DNA of 36,657 nt from Bordetella parapertussis (lineage in GTDB: Bacteria > Pseudomonadota > Gammaproteobacteria > Burkholderiales > CAIKXV01), in the NCBI GenBank assembly GCA_945877995.1, contig CAMDXD010000001.1, positions 1 to 36,657 on the forward strand. Reading direction: 5' to 3'. Both the position numbers and the translations under genes were made by a program. The notes under the pieces were generated by a model. That model did not search any database. It had not been told where the DNA came from and saw only the letters and a list, made by a program, of their open reading frames with translations. This document shows positions 1-8,455 of this stretch, piece by piece (position 1 is the first letter of the stretch; every line of letters starts with the position of its first letter).

Positions 1-196
1 TGTCGACCACCACCGGCTGTCCGAAGTCTTCGGCCAGCCGCGGTGCGATGGTTCGCATGACCATGTCGGTCGAACCGCCGGTTGCATATGGAACGATGAT
101 CCGGACCGGTTTGGACGGGAACGCGGGCGCCTGAGCCAGGCACCCGGTCGAAGCGACCAACCCTGCAACCAGCAATGATGTCTTCAGATGATCCAT
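1..196 (-). CDS. Bug-family (tripartite tricarboxylate transporter) periplasmic substrate-binding protein, N-terminal fragment running off the window edge
   Basis: Hand reverse-translation from ATG at 196-194, with GGAGGA 8 nt upstream. It gives MDHLKTSLLVAGLVASTGCLAQAPAFPSKPVRIIVPYATGGSTDMVMRTIAPRLAEDFGQPVVVD: a signal peptide plus the VP(F/Y)xxGGxxD motif shared by five other genes here. Absent from the ORF track because it is truncated. Confidence 0.8.
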   Translation of the reverse strand, partial: MDHLKTSLLVAGLVASTGCLAQAPAFPSKPVRIIVPYATGGSTDMVMRTIAPRLAEDFGQPVVVD

Positions 197-274
197 CTGT
201 AATCTCCTCCAGCGCTTGAGTGGACCGGCCAGGAGTCTGTTGCTCCCGTGGATGTTGTCTGGGCCGGTGTCGAT

Positions 275-1441
275 CTACTTCCGCATGAAACTCCGCCCGA
301 TCAGCTGGCGATGTACCTGGTTGGTTCCTTCCCAGATCTGGGTGATCTTGGCATCGCGCATCAAGCGCTCAACGCGATAGTCGCGGATGTATCCGTAGCC
401 ACCGAACAGCTGCACTGCGTCGGTGGTGATACGCATCGCCAGGTCGGACGCACGCAACTTCAGCATCGACGCTTCGATGCCGAAGTCGGACGCCTCGGCG
501 TCGACCAGCGCGGCGACATGCCACAGCCAGCGCTCGCACATGGCAAGGTCGGTGGCCATGTCGGCCAGCATGAACTGGATGCCCTGGAACTCGACGATAC
601 GGCGGCCGGACTGCCGCCGCTCGTTGATGTAGGCGACTGCGTCCTCGAAAGCGGCGCGCGCGATGCCCAGGGCGTGGGCCGCCACGCTCGGGCGTGACTT
701 GTTGAGCGAAGCAAGCAGAATACGCAGGCCGTCGCCTGGCGCGCCGAGCAGGTTCGCCCTCGGCACGCGGCACGACTCGAAGCTGAGGGCGGCGGTGCTC
801 GAGGCGCGCAGGCCCATCTTGTCTTCCTCGCGCACCACCGACAGCCCTGGCGTTCCTTTCTCGACGATCAGCGCGGAGATGGATGCCTTGCTGTCTTCGA
901 TCGTGCTCCACTTGCCGAAGACCAGATAAAGGTCGGCATGGGCGCCGTTGGTGATGAAGATCTTGGAGCCGTCGACCACGATATCGTCGCCGTCCGGCGT
1001 GAACGACGTTCGCATGCCGGTGGCGTCGGAGCCTGCCGATGGCTCGGTGATCGTCAGCGAGGCAAGGCCGCCGTCGACCATCACCGGCAGCAGTCGCTGC
1101 TTCTGCGCTTCGGTTCCGAAGTCGATCAATGGCTTGATCGCATGGAAGTTGGTCGCCCAGATCACGCCCGTGGACGCGCAGGCCTTGGACAGTTCGCGCA
1201 CGCACTCGAGGTAGGCGGTATACGACATCGGCGCACCCCCGTAGGCCTCGGGGATGAACATGGCGTTGAGGCCCAGCGCGTTGATCGCGTCGACGTTGTC
1301 CTGGGGAAAGACACCCGTCCGGTCGATCTGCTGCGCGTTCGGTGCGATCAGGTCGCGTGAGAGTGCACGTACGCTTTCGAGCAGCATCTGCTCGTCGTCG
1401 GAGAGATTGATCGTGCGGTCGAGCCGGGTCAGCACGTTCAT
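275..1441 (-). CDS. Acyl-CoA dehydrogenase
   Basis: 388-aa ORF with ACAD hallmarks (ITEPSAGSD, C-terminal RDAKITQIWEGTNQV). Its ATG at 1441 lies 1 nt from the upstream stop. Confidence 0.9.
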   Translation of the reverse strand: MNVLTRLDRTINLSDDEQMLLESVRALSRDLIAPNAQQIDRTGVFPQDNVDAINALGLNAMFIPEAYGGAPMSYTAYLECVRELSKACASTGVIWATNFHAIKPLIDFGTEAQKQRLLPVMVDGGLASLTITEPSAGSDATGMRTSFTPDGDDIVVDGSKIFITNGAHADLYLVFGKWSTIEDSKASISALIVEKGTPGLSVVREEDKMGLRASSTAALSFESCRVPRANLLGAPGDGLRILLASLNKSRPSVAAHALGIARAAFEDAVAYINERRQSGRRIVEFQGIQFMLADMATDLAMCERWLWHVAALVDAEASDFGIEASMLKLRASDLAMRITTDAVQLFGGYGYIRDYRVERLMRDAKITQIWEGTNQVHRQLIGRSFMRK

Positions 1442-1442
1442 G

Positions 1443-2189
1443 TCAGTGCGCGATGCCTTGTGCGCCGTCGAGATAGATCGTCTCGCCCGTGAGGAAAGGA
1501 ATGTCTTCGGCCAGGAGCGCGCCGATCAGTCGCGCCACGTCCTCCGCTGCGCCGGGCGCCCCGCCGGGGATGCGCCGCTTCAGGTAGTCGTGGAGCGGGC
1601 CACTGTCGAGCACCGCCCGGTTGAGGTCGGTCTGGATGTAGCCGGGCGCGATGTCTATCACGCGAATGCCCTTGCTCGCCCACTCGACGGCGAGGCAGCG
1701 TGTGATGGCACCAACCGCCGCCTTCGACGCGCAGTAGGCGAGGTTGCGCTTGACACCGATCCGGTCGAAGAAAGACCCGATGTTGACGATCATGCCGGAG
1801 CCAGCCTTCAGCAGGTGCGGATAGGCCAGCCGGCAGGCAGCGAACACCGCGGTGGTGTTGGTAGCCATCACCTGCTCGAAGCTTTCCGAAGTCATCTGGT
1901 TGCTGGGCGACTCGACATGGATACCCGCATTGTTGACCAGCGCATGCAGCCCCCCGGCCTCGGAGGCGACGCGATCGAACGCTTGCGCGAGGCTTTGCTC
2001 GTCGGTCACGTCGCATTGAACGCTGAGCAGGCGTCCGGCCAACCCCGCCGGCACTGGCGTCTCCACGCCCAGCCCCTTGCGCGTGAGGCAGGCGACCGTG
2101 AAACCGCGGCGTGCCAGTTCGACGGCAATCGCCGCCCCGATGCCGCGGCTCGCGCCAGTCACTGCAACCACCCGTTCATGCGTCGGCAT
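1443..2189 (-). CDS. Short-chain dehydrogenase/reductase (SDR)
   Basis: The track ORF 1443-2624 is over-extended. The SDR starts at the internal ATG 2189 (MPTHERVVAVTGASRGIG). TGxxxGIG cofactor motif and YCASK (YxxxK) catalytic motif are present. Confidence 0.9.
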   Translation of the reverse strand: MPTHERVVAVTGASRGIGAAIAVELARRGFTVACLTRKGLGVETPVPAGLAGRLLSVQCDVTDEQSLAQAFDRVASEAGGLHALVNNAGIHVESPSNQMTSESFEQVMATNTTAVFAACRLAYPHLLKAGSGMIVNIGSFFDRIGVKRNLAYCASKAAVGAITRCLAVEWASKGIRVIDIAPGYIQTDLNRAVLDSGPLHDYLKRRIPGGAPGAAEDVARLIGALLAEDIPFLTGETIYLDGAQGIAH

Positions 2190-2197
2190 ATTCACGG

Positions 2198-2965
2198 CTA
2201 TCGGTCCTTGAACTCGGGCTTGCGTTTGGCGCTGAATGCATCCATTCCCTCGGCTGCGTCTTCTGTCTGGAAAGCCAGCGTCGACAGATCGGCCTCCAGC
2301 CGCAAGCCATCCTGGAGCGGCATGTCCATGCCTCGGGAGATCGCCGACCGGGCAAGTGCGAGTACTGGCAGGCTGAAGCCGGAGAACTCGCGTGCGAAGG
2401 CAATGCCCTCGGCGAGCGGATCGGCGCCGATGAGGCGGTTCACCAGGCCCACCTGCAGCGCGTCGTTCGCGGTGAGCGTGCGCGCGGTGAGGATCATCTC
2501 CATCGCGCGCGACTCGCCGATCAGGCGTGCCAGCCGTTGCGTGCCGCCATAGCCGGGTATGAGACCGAGCCTCACTTCGGGCAGCCCCATCTTCGCGTTG
2601 GCAGTGGCCAGCCGGAACGTGCACGCCATCGCCAGCTCCAGGCCGCCGCCGAAGGCGAACCCGTTGATGAGCGCGATCGATGGCATCGGCAGGCGATCGA
2701 GCCTGGCGAATGTCGTCTGGCCGAAGAGCGCACCGTCATGCTGGGCCTGCATCGACCGCCCGGTGAGCTCCTTGATGTCGGCGCCCGCGCAAAACGCCTT
2801 CGGGCCGCTGCCGGTGATGAGCAGCGCACGGGCATCGGTGCCCGCGACCTTGTCGATCGCAGCGCCAAGGTCGGCGATCAGCGAGAAGGACAGCGCGTTG
2901 AGCGCCTCCGGGCGATCGATCGTGATCAGGGCGAATTCTTCAATGCGCGTCAGTTGGATCGACAT
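2198..2965 (-). CDS. Enoyl-CoA hydratase/isomerase (crotonase) family protein
   Basis: Internal ATG at 2965 (MSIQLTRIEEFALITIDRPEALNAL). Crotonase motifs FCAGADIKE and NGFAFGGGLELAMAC. Confidence 0.9.
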   Translation of the reverse strand: MSIQLTRIEEFALITIDRPEALNALSFSLIADLGAAIDKVAGTDARALLITGSGPKAFCAGADIKELTGRSMQAQHDGALFGQTTFARLDRLPMPSIALINGFAFGGGLELAMACTFRLATANAKMGLPEVRLGLIPGYGGTQRLARLIGESRAMEMILTARTLTANDALQVGLVNRLIGADPLAEGIAFAREFSGFSLPVLALARSAISRGMDMPLQDGLRLEADLSTLAFQTEDAAEGMDAFSAKRKPEFKDR

Positions 2966-2969
2966 GGCA

Positions 2970-4640
2970 TCAGGCCTCGGTAGCAGCACGTACAGCGGCA
3001 CGCCGGATCGCCTGCGCGACGATGGCACCTGTCCGGGTCATCTCGATGAGTTCGCGCTTGAGCACCTTACCGCTGGCGGTCAGCGGAAAGGCTTCCAGAG
3101 TAACCCAGTACTCCGGCATGTCGTAGCGCGACAGGCCGGCAGCATCGAGGTGTTCCAGCATCGCCTGGGCGTCGACCTGCGCGCCCTGGCGCGGAATCAC
3201 CGCCAGGCAGACGCGCTCGCCCAGCCGGGCATCGGCGATCGGAAACGCCGCCGCCTTCAGCACGCCGGGGTGCTTCATGGCGAGGTTCTCGATATGCGCG
3301 GGGTGGATGTTGTGGCCACCCCGAATGATCAGGTCTTTCTTGCGCCCGACGATCTGCAGGTTGCCATGCGCGTCGAGCCGGCCGAGATCGCCACTCATGA
3401 ACCAGCCGCTCGCGTTGAACGAAGACTCGGTGGCGAACTGGTTGTCGAAATAGCCGAGCGTGAGCAGTGCGCCGCGCGTGCCGATCTCCCCGATCTCGCC
3501 TGGAGCGGCTTCGATGTCGGGGTTCTCGGCATTCCACAGCCGTGTCTCATACCCCGCACAGGCCCGTCCGCAGGTACCGGTCACGACTTCGACCGGATCG
3601 TCAGGCAGCGTGTACTGGTGCGAGCCGTTCTCGGTCATGCCGTACACGTTGAGGGTGGCAATGCCCATGTCGAGGAAGCCATGGCAGAGCTCCGGCGCAA
3701 TGGGTGCACCTGCCATGTAGAAGATGCGTACCGCACCCATGTCACGCAGCCCCCGGCGGCGTGCTTCGGCCAGGATGTCGATGCCGTGGGTCGGCACACC
3801 CATCACGTAGGTAGAGCCGGTTTGCAGGATCCAGTCGAGTGGCTTGACGCCCGGAGGTGGGTCGTTGATCACCAGCTCGAAACCGGCCACCAGTGACTGC
3901 AGCACGGCGACCGTGGCGATATGGTGCGACAGCGGACTCAGCGAGCACAGGATCGTGGACGGGTCATGGCCCCAGTCGCGGACCATGGCGCGGGCATTGG
4001 CCAGGAGCGTGTTGTCGGAATGCATCACACCCTTCGGGGCACCGGTGGTGCCCGAGGTGAAGGCGAGGTAGCAGACCTTGTCCGGGTTGGTGTCCACCGG
4101 CGGCGCGTCGACGGCGTGGTCGCCACCGGCCGATGGCAGTGGCGCCTTCGCATCACGGTCTTTCGAGAAGCGGTAGAACCGCTTCATCTTCGGCAGGCCC
4201 TCGACTGCGGCGAAGATGTCGAAGCGCTCGCCATCGGCGCCGTACTCGGCCTGCGCGAACAGGGCTGCGCAGCCCGTGCGTTCGAGCAGCGACATCACGT
4301 CGGCGCCGGTGTAGTTCTGGTGCAGCGACGGGTTGCACACATAGCCGTTGCGCGAGCAGGCAAGCATGATGACTGCGCATTCGACCCGGTTGGGCAACCA
4401 GATGGCCACCCGGTCGCCGCGGCGCATGCCCGCGCCGTGCAGGTCGGCCGCCAGCAGGTCGACCTGGGCCAGCAGCGTGCGCCACGTGAGGCGGGCGCAG
4501 CTGTCGCGCAATGCAAAGGCGTCGGGGCGTTCGTGCGCGTGCTTCACCAGCAGCGAATAGAGCGTGTCGTCGCACCAGTGGCCCGCTTCGTAGAACGCGC
4601 GCGCAGCAGCTGGGTCGTGCAGGGTCAACAGCGTGGTCAT
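2970..4640 (-). CDS. AMP-dependent acyl-CoA synthetase/ligase
   Basis: Internal ATG at 4640 (MTTLLTLHDP...). Adenylate-forming motifs LAFTSGTTGAPKGV, YGMTE, SGDLG and GRKKDLI. Confidence 0.9.
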   Translation of the reverse strand: MTTLLTLHDPAAARAFYEAGHWCDDTLYSLLVKHAHERPDAFALRDSCARLTWRTLLAQVDLLAADLHGAGMRRGDRVAIWLPNRVECAVIMLACSRNGYVCNPSLHQNYTGADVMSLLERTGCAALFAQAEYGADGERFDIFAAVEGLPKMKRFYRFSKDRDAKAPLPSAGGDHAVDAPPVDTNPDKVCYLAFTSGTTGAPKGVMHSDNTLLANARAMVRDWGHDPSTILCSLSPLSHHIATVAVLQSLVAGFELVINDPPPGVKPLDWILQTGSTYVMGVPTHGIDILAEARRRGLRDMGAVRIFYMAGAPIAPELCHGFLDMGIATLNVYGMTENGSHQYTLPDDPVEVVTGTCGRACAGYETRLWNAENPDIEAAPGEIGEIGTRGALLTLGYFDNQFATESSFNASGWFMSGDLGRLDAHGNLQIVGRKKDLIIRGGHNIHPAHIENLAMKHPGVLKAAAFPIADARLGERVCLAVIPRQGAQVDAQAMLEHLDAAGLSRYDMPEYWVTLEAFPLTASGKVLKRELIEMTRTGAIVAQAIRRAAVRAATEA

Positions 4641-4651
4641 GATGCGTTGCT

Positions 4652-5431
4652 TCAGTGGCCCATCTTGTCCGGATCGGGCTTGCGCTTGCCGCGGAACGCC
4701 TCGCCCAGTTCCTTCGATTCGTCCGTCTCGAGGTAGAGCCTGAGCAGCAGATCGTGGCTCACCCGTGCAAGCCCGCCGACCCCGCCATGCCGAGCGGTGA
4801 AGGCGGCCTTGACGGCCGCCAGAGCGAACGCGCCACGTTCGCACACCTGCATGGCCATGCGCGTGGTTTCTTCGCGCAACTGGTCGTCCGGGACGACCTT
4901 GTTGATCAGGCCCAGCGCGAGTGCCTCCTGCGCCGACAGCCTGGGATTGGTGAACCACATCTCCTTGGCCTTCTTCTTGCCGACGAGATCTTCGAGATAC
5001 CACGTTCCGTACCCCGCGTCGAAGCTGCCCATCATCGGCCCGACCTGCCTGAAGACGGCGCTTTCCTTGGCGATGGTCATGTCGCACATCACCTGCAGCA
5101 CCTGGCCTCCACCGACCGCGAAGCCGTTGACCGAGGCAATGACAGGCTTCTGCAGCCGCTCGATGCTTTCGTAGATCTCCAGCGTCGGCAGCATCCCGGC
5201 GTAGAGGGTCGTGTCTTCCATTCCTTCCTTGCGGCCACCAATGCAGAAGAATCGATCGCCTGCCCCGGTGATCACCAGCACGCGGGTGCGCGTCTCACGG
5301 CGCATGTCGTCGATGCAGTCACGGATCTCGTGGCACATCTGCGCGGTGAACATGTTGCCGTCATCCGGGCGGTTCAGGGTGAGCCAGCCGATGGGACCCT
5401 GTTCTTCATAAAGGATGGTTTCGTAGCTCAT
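4652..5431 (-). CDS. MenB/BadI-like crotonase (dihydroxynaphthoyl-CoA synthase / 2-ketocyclohexanecarboxyl-CoA hydrolase family)
   Basis: Starts at ATG 5431 (MSYETILYEEQGPIGWLTLNRPD) in an ATGA overlap with the upstream stop. VNGFAVGGGQVLQVMCDMTIA and GSFDAGYG resemble the MenB/BadI subgroup rather than simple hydratases. Confidence 0.85.
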   Translation of the reverse strand: MSYETILYEEQGPIGWLTLNRPDDGNMFTAQMCHEIRDCIDDMRRETRTRVLVITGAGDRFFCIGGRKEGMEDTTLYAGMLPTLEIYESIERLQKPVIASVNGFAVGGGQVLQVMCDMTIAKESAVFRQVGPMMGSFDAGYGTWYLEDLVGKKKAKEMWFTNPRLSAQEALALGLINKVVPDDQLREETTRMAMQVCERGAFALAAVKAAFTARHGGVGGLARVSHDLLLRLYLETDESKELGEAFRGKRKPDPDKMGH

Positions 5432-6696
5432 ATGACGTTGGCCTCGCGAAGTTCGGAGATTGTCTTGTCGTCGTAACCCAGCAGGTCTCCAAGCAGCGCG
5501 GCAGTGTGCTCGCCCAGCAGGGGTGGCGCGCTGCGGTAGGTCGAGCGGTTGCCGTCGATGCCGATGCCCAGCCCCACCTGCGGGATGCGCCGGGCATCGG
5601 GAGCCGACGCGCTGTAGAACAGCCCGCGGGCCACCAGTTCTTCGTCGTGCACCAGCTCGTCGACACGGTTCACCGGGCCCGCCGGTACCCCGGCAGGCGC
5701 AAGCAGCGACAGCCAATGGTCGCGCGGCCGGGTCTTCAGGATCTGCTGTATGTCGCTGACGATTCGCAACCGGTGCTCGAGCCGCCCGGCGTTGCTCGCA
5801 TACGCTTCGTTGCCCGCGTACTCGGGGTGGCCGATCGCCTGCCAGAACCTTTTCCAGATGGCATCGTTGCCCAGGCCGAGCGTGAGCGGTTCGGTCGCCG
5901 TGTCGAATACCTGGTACACGGCGATCACGCTGTCCCTGGCCCCGGAGCGCGCCGGCACGCTGCCCGACCCGAGGTAGGGGACGATGCGGGGCGACATGAA
6001 GCGGGTCATGCTCTCGACCATGGCGATGTCGATCTGATGGCCGCGGCCGGTGGCGCGCCGGTCGAACAATGCGCTGACAATGGCAAAGGCCGCGTCCATG
6101 CCCGACACCAGGTCGGCGGCTGGCGTGCCCACTTTCTGCGGCGGATTGTCTGCCTCCCCGGTGAGATCCATCACGCCGCTGTAGCCCTCGGCAATGAGGT
6201 CGTAGCAGGCAAGATCGCTGCGCTGTCCAGACAGGCCGAACCCCGTGATCGACACATGCACGAGGTCGGCGCGTACTGCGGCGAGCGCAGCGTAATCGAT
6301 GCCAAGCTTGCGCTGGACCCGCTCGACCAGGTTGACCACCACGACATCGACATGCCGGACGAGGTCGTGAAGCACGGCCCGCCCCGCCTCGGATGCATAG
6401 TCGAGCGTGAAACTCTGCTTGTTGCGGTTCACACTGAGGAACCAGAGCGACTCGCCATCGAGGAAGGGCGGCCCCCATGCACGGGCATCGTCACCGCGGC
6501 CCGGCCGCTCGACCTTGATGATCTCCGCACCCATGTCGCCCAGCATCATGGTCGCGTAGGGCCCCGCAACAGACGTTGTCAGGTCGAGTACGCGAACCCC
6601 CCGCAGCAGGCCATCGCCTGCCGGGGCAGGTGGCGGCAGGGAATCGAGTGGCAAAGGCGAGGGGGTGGTCGTGGTCGTGGTCGTGGTCGTGGGCAT
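5428..6696 (-). CDS. Family III (CaiB/BaiF) CoA-transferase with an N-terminal Thr9/Pro-rich extension
   Basis: LRGVRVLDLTTSVAGPYATMMLGDMGAEIIKVE N-terminus and an Asp-containing GFGLSGQRSDLACYDLIAEGYSG segment. ATG 6696 is chosen over GTG 6708 because 6708 lies inside the sigma-54 promoter match. Confidence 0.85.
   Translation of the reverse strand: MPTTTTTTTTTPSPLPLDSLPPPAPAGDGLLRGVRVLDLTTSVAGPYATMMLGDMGAEIIKVERPGRGDDARAWGPPFLDGESLWFLSVNRNKQSFTLDYASEAGRAVLHDLVRHVDVVVVNLVERVQRKLGIDYAALAAVRADLVHVSITGFGLSGQRSDLACYDLIAEGYSGVMDLTGEADNPPQKVGTPAADLVSGMDAAFAIVSALFDRRATGRGHQIDIAMVESMTRFMSPRIVPYLGSGSVPARSGARDSVIAVYQVFDTATEPLTLGLGNDAIWKRFWQAIGHPEYAGNEAYASNAGRLEHRLRIVSDIQQILKTRPRDHWLSLLAPAGVPAGPVNRVDELVHDEELVARGLFYSASAPDARRIPQVGLGIGIDGNRSTYRSAPPLLGEHTAALLGDLLGYDDKTISELREANVI
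6665..6692 (-). repeat. Tandem hexanucleotide repeat, (GTGGTC)4.6 on the + strand, which is (ACGACC)n in the coding sense
   Basis: Read directly: gtggtc gtggtc gtggtc gtggtc gtgg. It encodes the Thr9 run right after the start codon of the CoA-transferase. Confidence 0.9.
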
Positions 6697-6708
6697 GGCT
6701 TGCGACAC

Positions 6709-6724
6709 CGCAAGGTCCGTGCCA
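6709..6724 (-). promoter_or_regulatory. Sigma-54 (-24/-12) promoter
   Basis: The minus strand reads TGGCAC GGACC TTGCG, an exact TGGCAC-N5-TTGC match. It lies in the divergent region next to a sigma-54 activator gene, directly upstream of the operon's first gene. Confidence 0.7.
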
Positions 6725-6771
6725 CCGGTGCCGCCGCGAGCTTCGTCCTAGGGACGGCTTGCGAACCGTGG

Positions 6772-6816
6772 CGTGTCCGTGTTCTCATGGAGGACACGGT
6801 GACACACAATGTCCTC
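6772..6816. promoter_or_regulatory. Candidate enhancer (UAS) inverted repeats for the sigma-54 activator
   Basis: CGTGTCC (6772-6778) pairs with GGACACG (6792-6798), and GAGGACA (6790-6796) pairs with TGTCCTC (6810-6816). That gives three TGTCC/GGACA half-sites about 50-100 bp upstream of the -24 element. Confidence 0.35.
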
Positions 6817-6849
6817 AATAAAGACGCAGGCACCGGGCAGGAGGAAAGG

Positions 6850-8442
6850 ATGTCTCTTCGGCAGTCTGGCATCGGCGTGCTGGTCACGGATCGACAGGGT
6901 CTGGTCCTGCATGTGAGCGATCTCATGGAGAACCCGCGGGTGCGCGAGGCTGCGCTTGCGTGGCAGCCCTCGCAGCCCGCAGACATGAACGTGGTCGAAG
7001 TGGACGGCCAGCGGCTGATCCTCATGTACCGCGCCGGCCACGACACGTCGGTGCGCTTCGCCCACCAGGCAGGGGCCGAAGACGCGCTGTTCGACTTCGT
7101 TGCCAGTGTCGACTTCGCCTATGCGATTTTCGAGCATCTGTTGAGCAGCCCGTATGAAGCGATGACCGTGGTGGACGAGCGCGGCTGCGTTCGCTACATC
7201 AGCCCCGTCCATGCGCGCTTCTTCGGGCTTGCGCCCGGCGAAGGCTTCGGGCGCCACGTGACCGAAATCATCGAGAACACACGGCTTCATGAAGTGGTGC
7301 GCTCCGGAAAGGCCGAGATCGGCCAGGTACAGAACATGCGTGGCGTGGCGCGGGTCGTCAGCCGCATTCCGATCGTCTCCGGGTCGAAGACGGTGGGCGC
7401 GATCGGTCAGGTGATGTTCAAGGCGCCCGAGGCCGTGCATGACCTCTCGCGCGAGGTGACGCGGCTTCGCTCCGAGGTCGCGTACTACCGCCGGGAACTG
7501 TCCGACATGAGGCTGCGCGGCAGCATGGTCGACCAGATCGTGGGCACCAGCAGCGCCGTGCGCAAGCTGAAGGCGGATATCGAGCGCGTGGCACCACTGG
7601 ATGTCCCGGTCCTGCTGATCGGGGAGAGCGGCACGGGCAAGGAACTCGCGGCCTGCGCGATCCACGCGCTGAGCACGCGCCACGGCAAGCCGATGGTGTC
7701 GGTCAACGCAGCGGCGTTGCCCTCGGGGCTGGTCGAGAGCGAGCTGTTCGGGTACGAACCGGGCGCGTTCTCGGGGGCCGACCGCAAGGGTCGCCACGGC
7801 CGCTTCGAGATGGCGAACCGCTCGACGCTGTTCCTTGACGAGATCGGCGACATGCCGATCGAGGTGCAGGTCAAGCTGCTGCGGGTGCTGCAGGACGGGC
7901 AGTTCGAACGCGTCGGCGGATCGACCAGCACCCAGTCGAACTTCAGGCTGATCAGTGCCACCCACTGCGACCTCGAACAACTGGTCGGCACCGGCCGTTT
8001 CCGGCTCGATCTGTTCTACCGGATCAGCACGGTCGTGCTGCGCCTGCCGCCACTGTGCGAGCGGCTGGAGGACATCCCGCTGCTCGCCGGGCATTTCCTC
8101 AAGGCCTTCGCGCAGCGCAATGAACGCGTGGCGAAAGACATTTCGCCCGAGGCCTGCGCCGTGCTTCGAACCTTGCCCTGGCCGGGCAACATCCGCCAGC
8201 TCCAGCATGATCTCGAGCAGGCGGCGATCTTCAGCGAGGGGAATGTCATCGGCGCCGACGACCTGCCGCGCCGCGCACCGATACACGCGGGAACCATGTC
8301 GCACGTGCGCGAGACCCTCGATGATGTCGAGTTGAAGATGATCGACGAAGCATTGCTCCGCTGCGACGGAAACAAGAAGCAGGCCGCCATTGAACTGGGC
8401 ATCTCGCGCTCGCATCTCTACAAACGGCTGGGCCGACGTTGA
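6850..8442 (+). CDS. Sigma-54-dependent transcriptional activator (PAS sensor, AAA+ domain, Fis-type HTH)
   Basis: ATG 6850 is preceded by AGGAGGAAAGG. The track ORF from 5506 is an antisense over-extension. PAS-like region, Walker A GESGTGKE, GAFSGA loop, Walker B LFLDEIG, C-terminal HTH NKKQAAIELGISRSHLYKRL. Confidence 0.9.
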   Translation: MSLRQSGIGVLVTDRQGLVLHVSDLMENPRVREAALAWQPSQPADMNVVEVDGQRLILMYRAGHDTSVRFAHQAGAEDALFDFVASVDFAYAIFEHLLSSPYEAMTVVDERGCVRYISPVHARFFGLAPGEGFGRHVTEIIENTRLHEVVRSGKAEIGQVQNMRGVARVVSRIPIVSGSKTVGAIGQVMFKAPEAVHDLSREVTRLRSEVAYYRRELSDMRLRGSMVDQIVGTSSAVRKLKADIERVAPLDVPVLLIGESGTGKELAACAIHALSTRHGKPMVSVNAAALPSGLVESELFGYEPGAFSGADRKGRHGRFEMANRSTLFLDEIGDMPIEVQVKLLRVLQDGQFERVGGSTSTQSNFRLISATHCDLEQLVGTGRFRLDLFYRISTVVLRLPPLCERLEDIPLLAGHFLKAFAQRNERVAKDISPEACAVLRTLPWPGNIRQLQHDLEQAAIFSEGNVIGADDLPRRAPIHAGTMSHVRETLDDVELKMIDEALLRCDGNKKQAAIELGISRSHLYKRLGRR

Positions 8443-8455
8443 AGGCCGCGGGACG

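Noticed and set aside
4652-6478. A 608-aa ORF and other over-long track ORFs (1443-2624, 2198-3028, 2970-5087, 11147-12532, 31589-32218, 33198-33680)
   Set aside because: Only the C-terminal portion of each matches a protein family. The upstream parts overlap neighbouring genes in another frame. Internal ATGs placed directly after, or overlapping, the upstream stop give compact coupled operons.
6665-6692. A CRISPR-like or shared mobile repeat: the same CACGAC/GTCGTG hexamer repeat appears at 6665-6692 and 21452-21468, and a CCCGTGGT tandem at 32156-32177
   Set aside because: These are short perfect microsatellite-type tandems without spacers. The two hexamer tracts are read in different frames (Thr-Thr versus His-Asp) inside unrelated genes. 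They look like coincidental simple-sequence expansion in GC-rich DNA.
6706-6708. GTG 6708 as the start of the first CoA-transferase
   Set aside because: It lies inside the TGGCAC-N5-TTGC match, upstream of the predicted transcription start, so ATG 6696 or a downstream start is preferred. This would be reinstated if the sigma-54 promoter is not functional.
5506-6849. The 448-codon N-terminal extension of the sigma-54 activator ORF (track ORF 5506-8442, 978 aa)
   Set aside because: The extension is antisense to the well-supported CoA-transferase gene and has Arg/Ala/Gly-rich shadow-frame composition. The recognisable regulator begins after the strong RBS at 6838-6848.
8300-8455. A second sigma-54 promoter for the plus-strand operon inside the 3' end of the regulator gene (for example CTGGGCATCTCGCGCTCGCAT near 8395)
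   Set aside because: No register places GG and GC at the required spacing. The operon is more likely read through from the regulator gene or from an unrecognised promoter.
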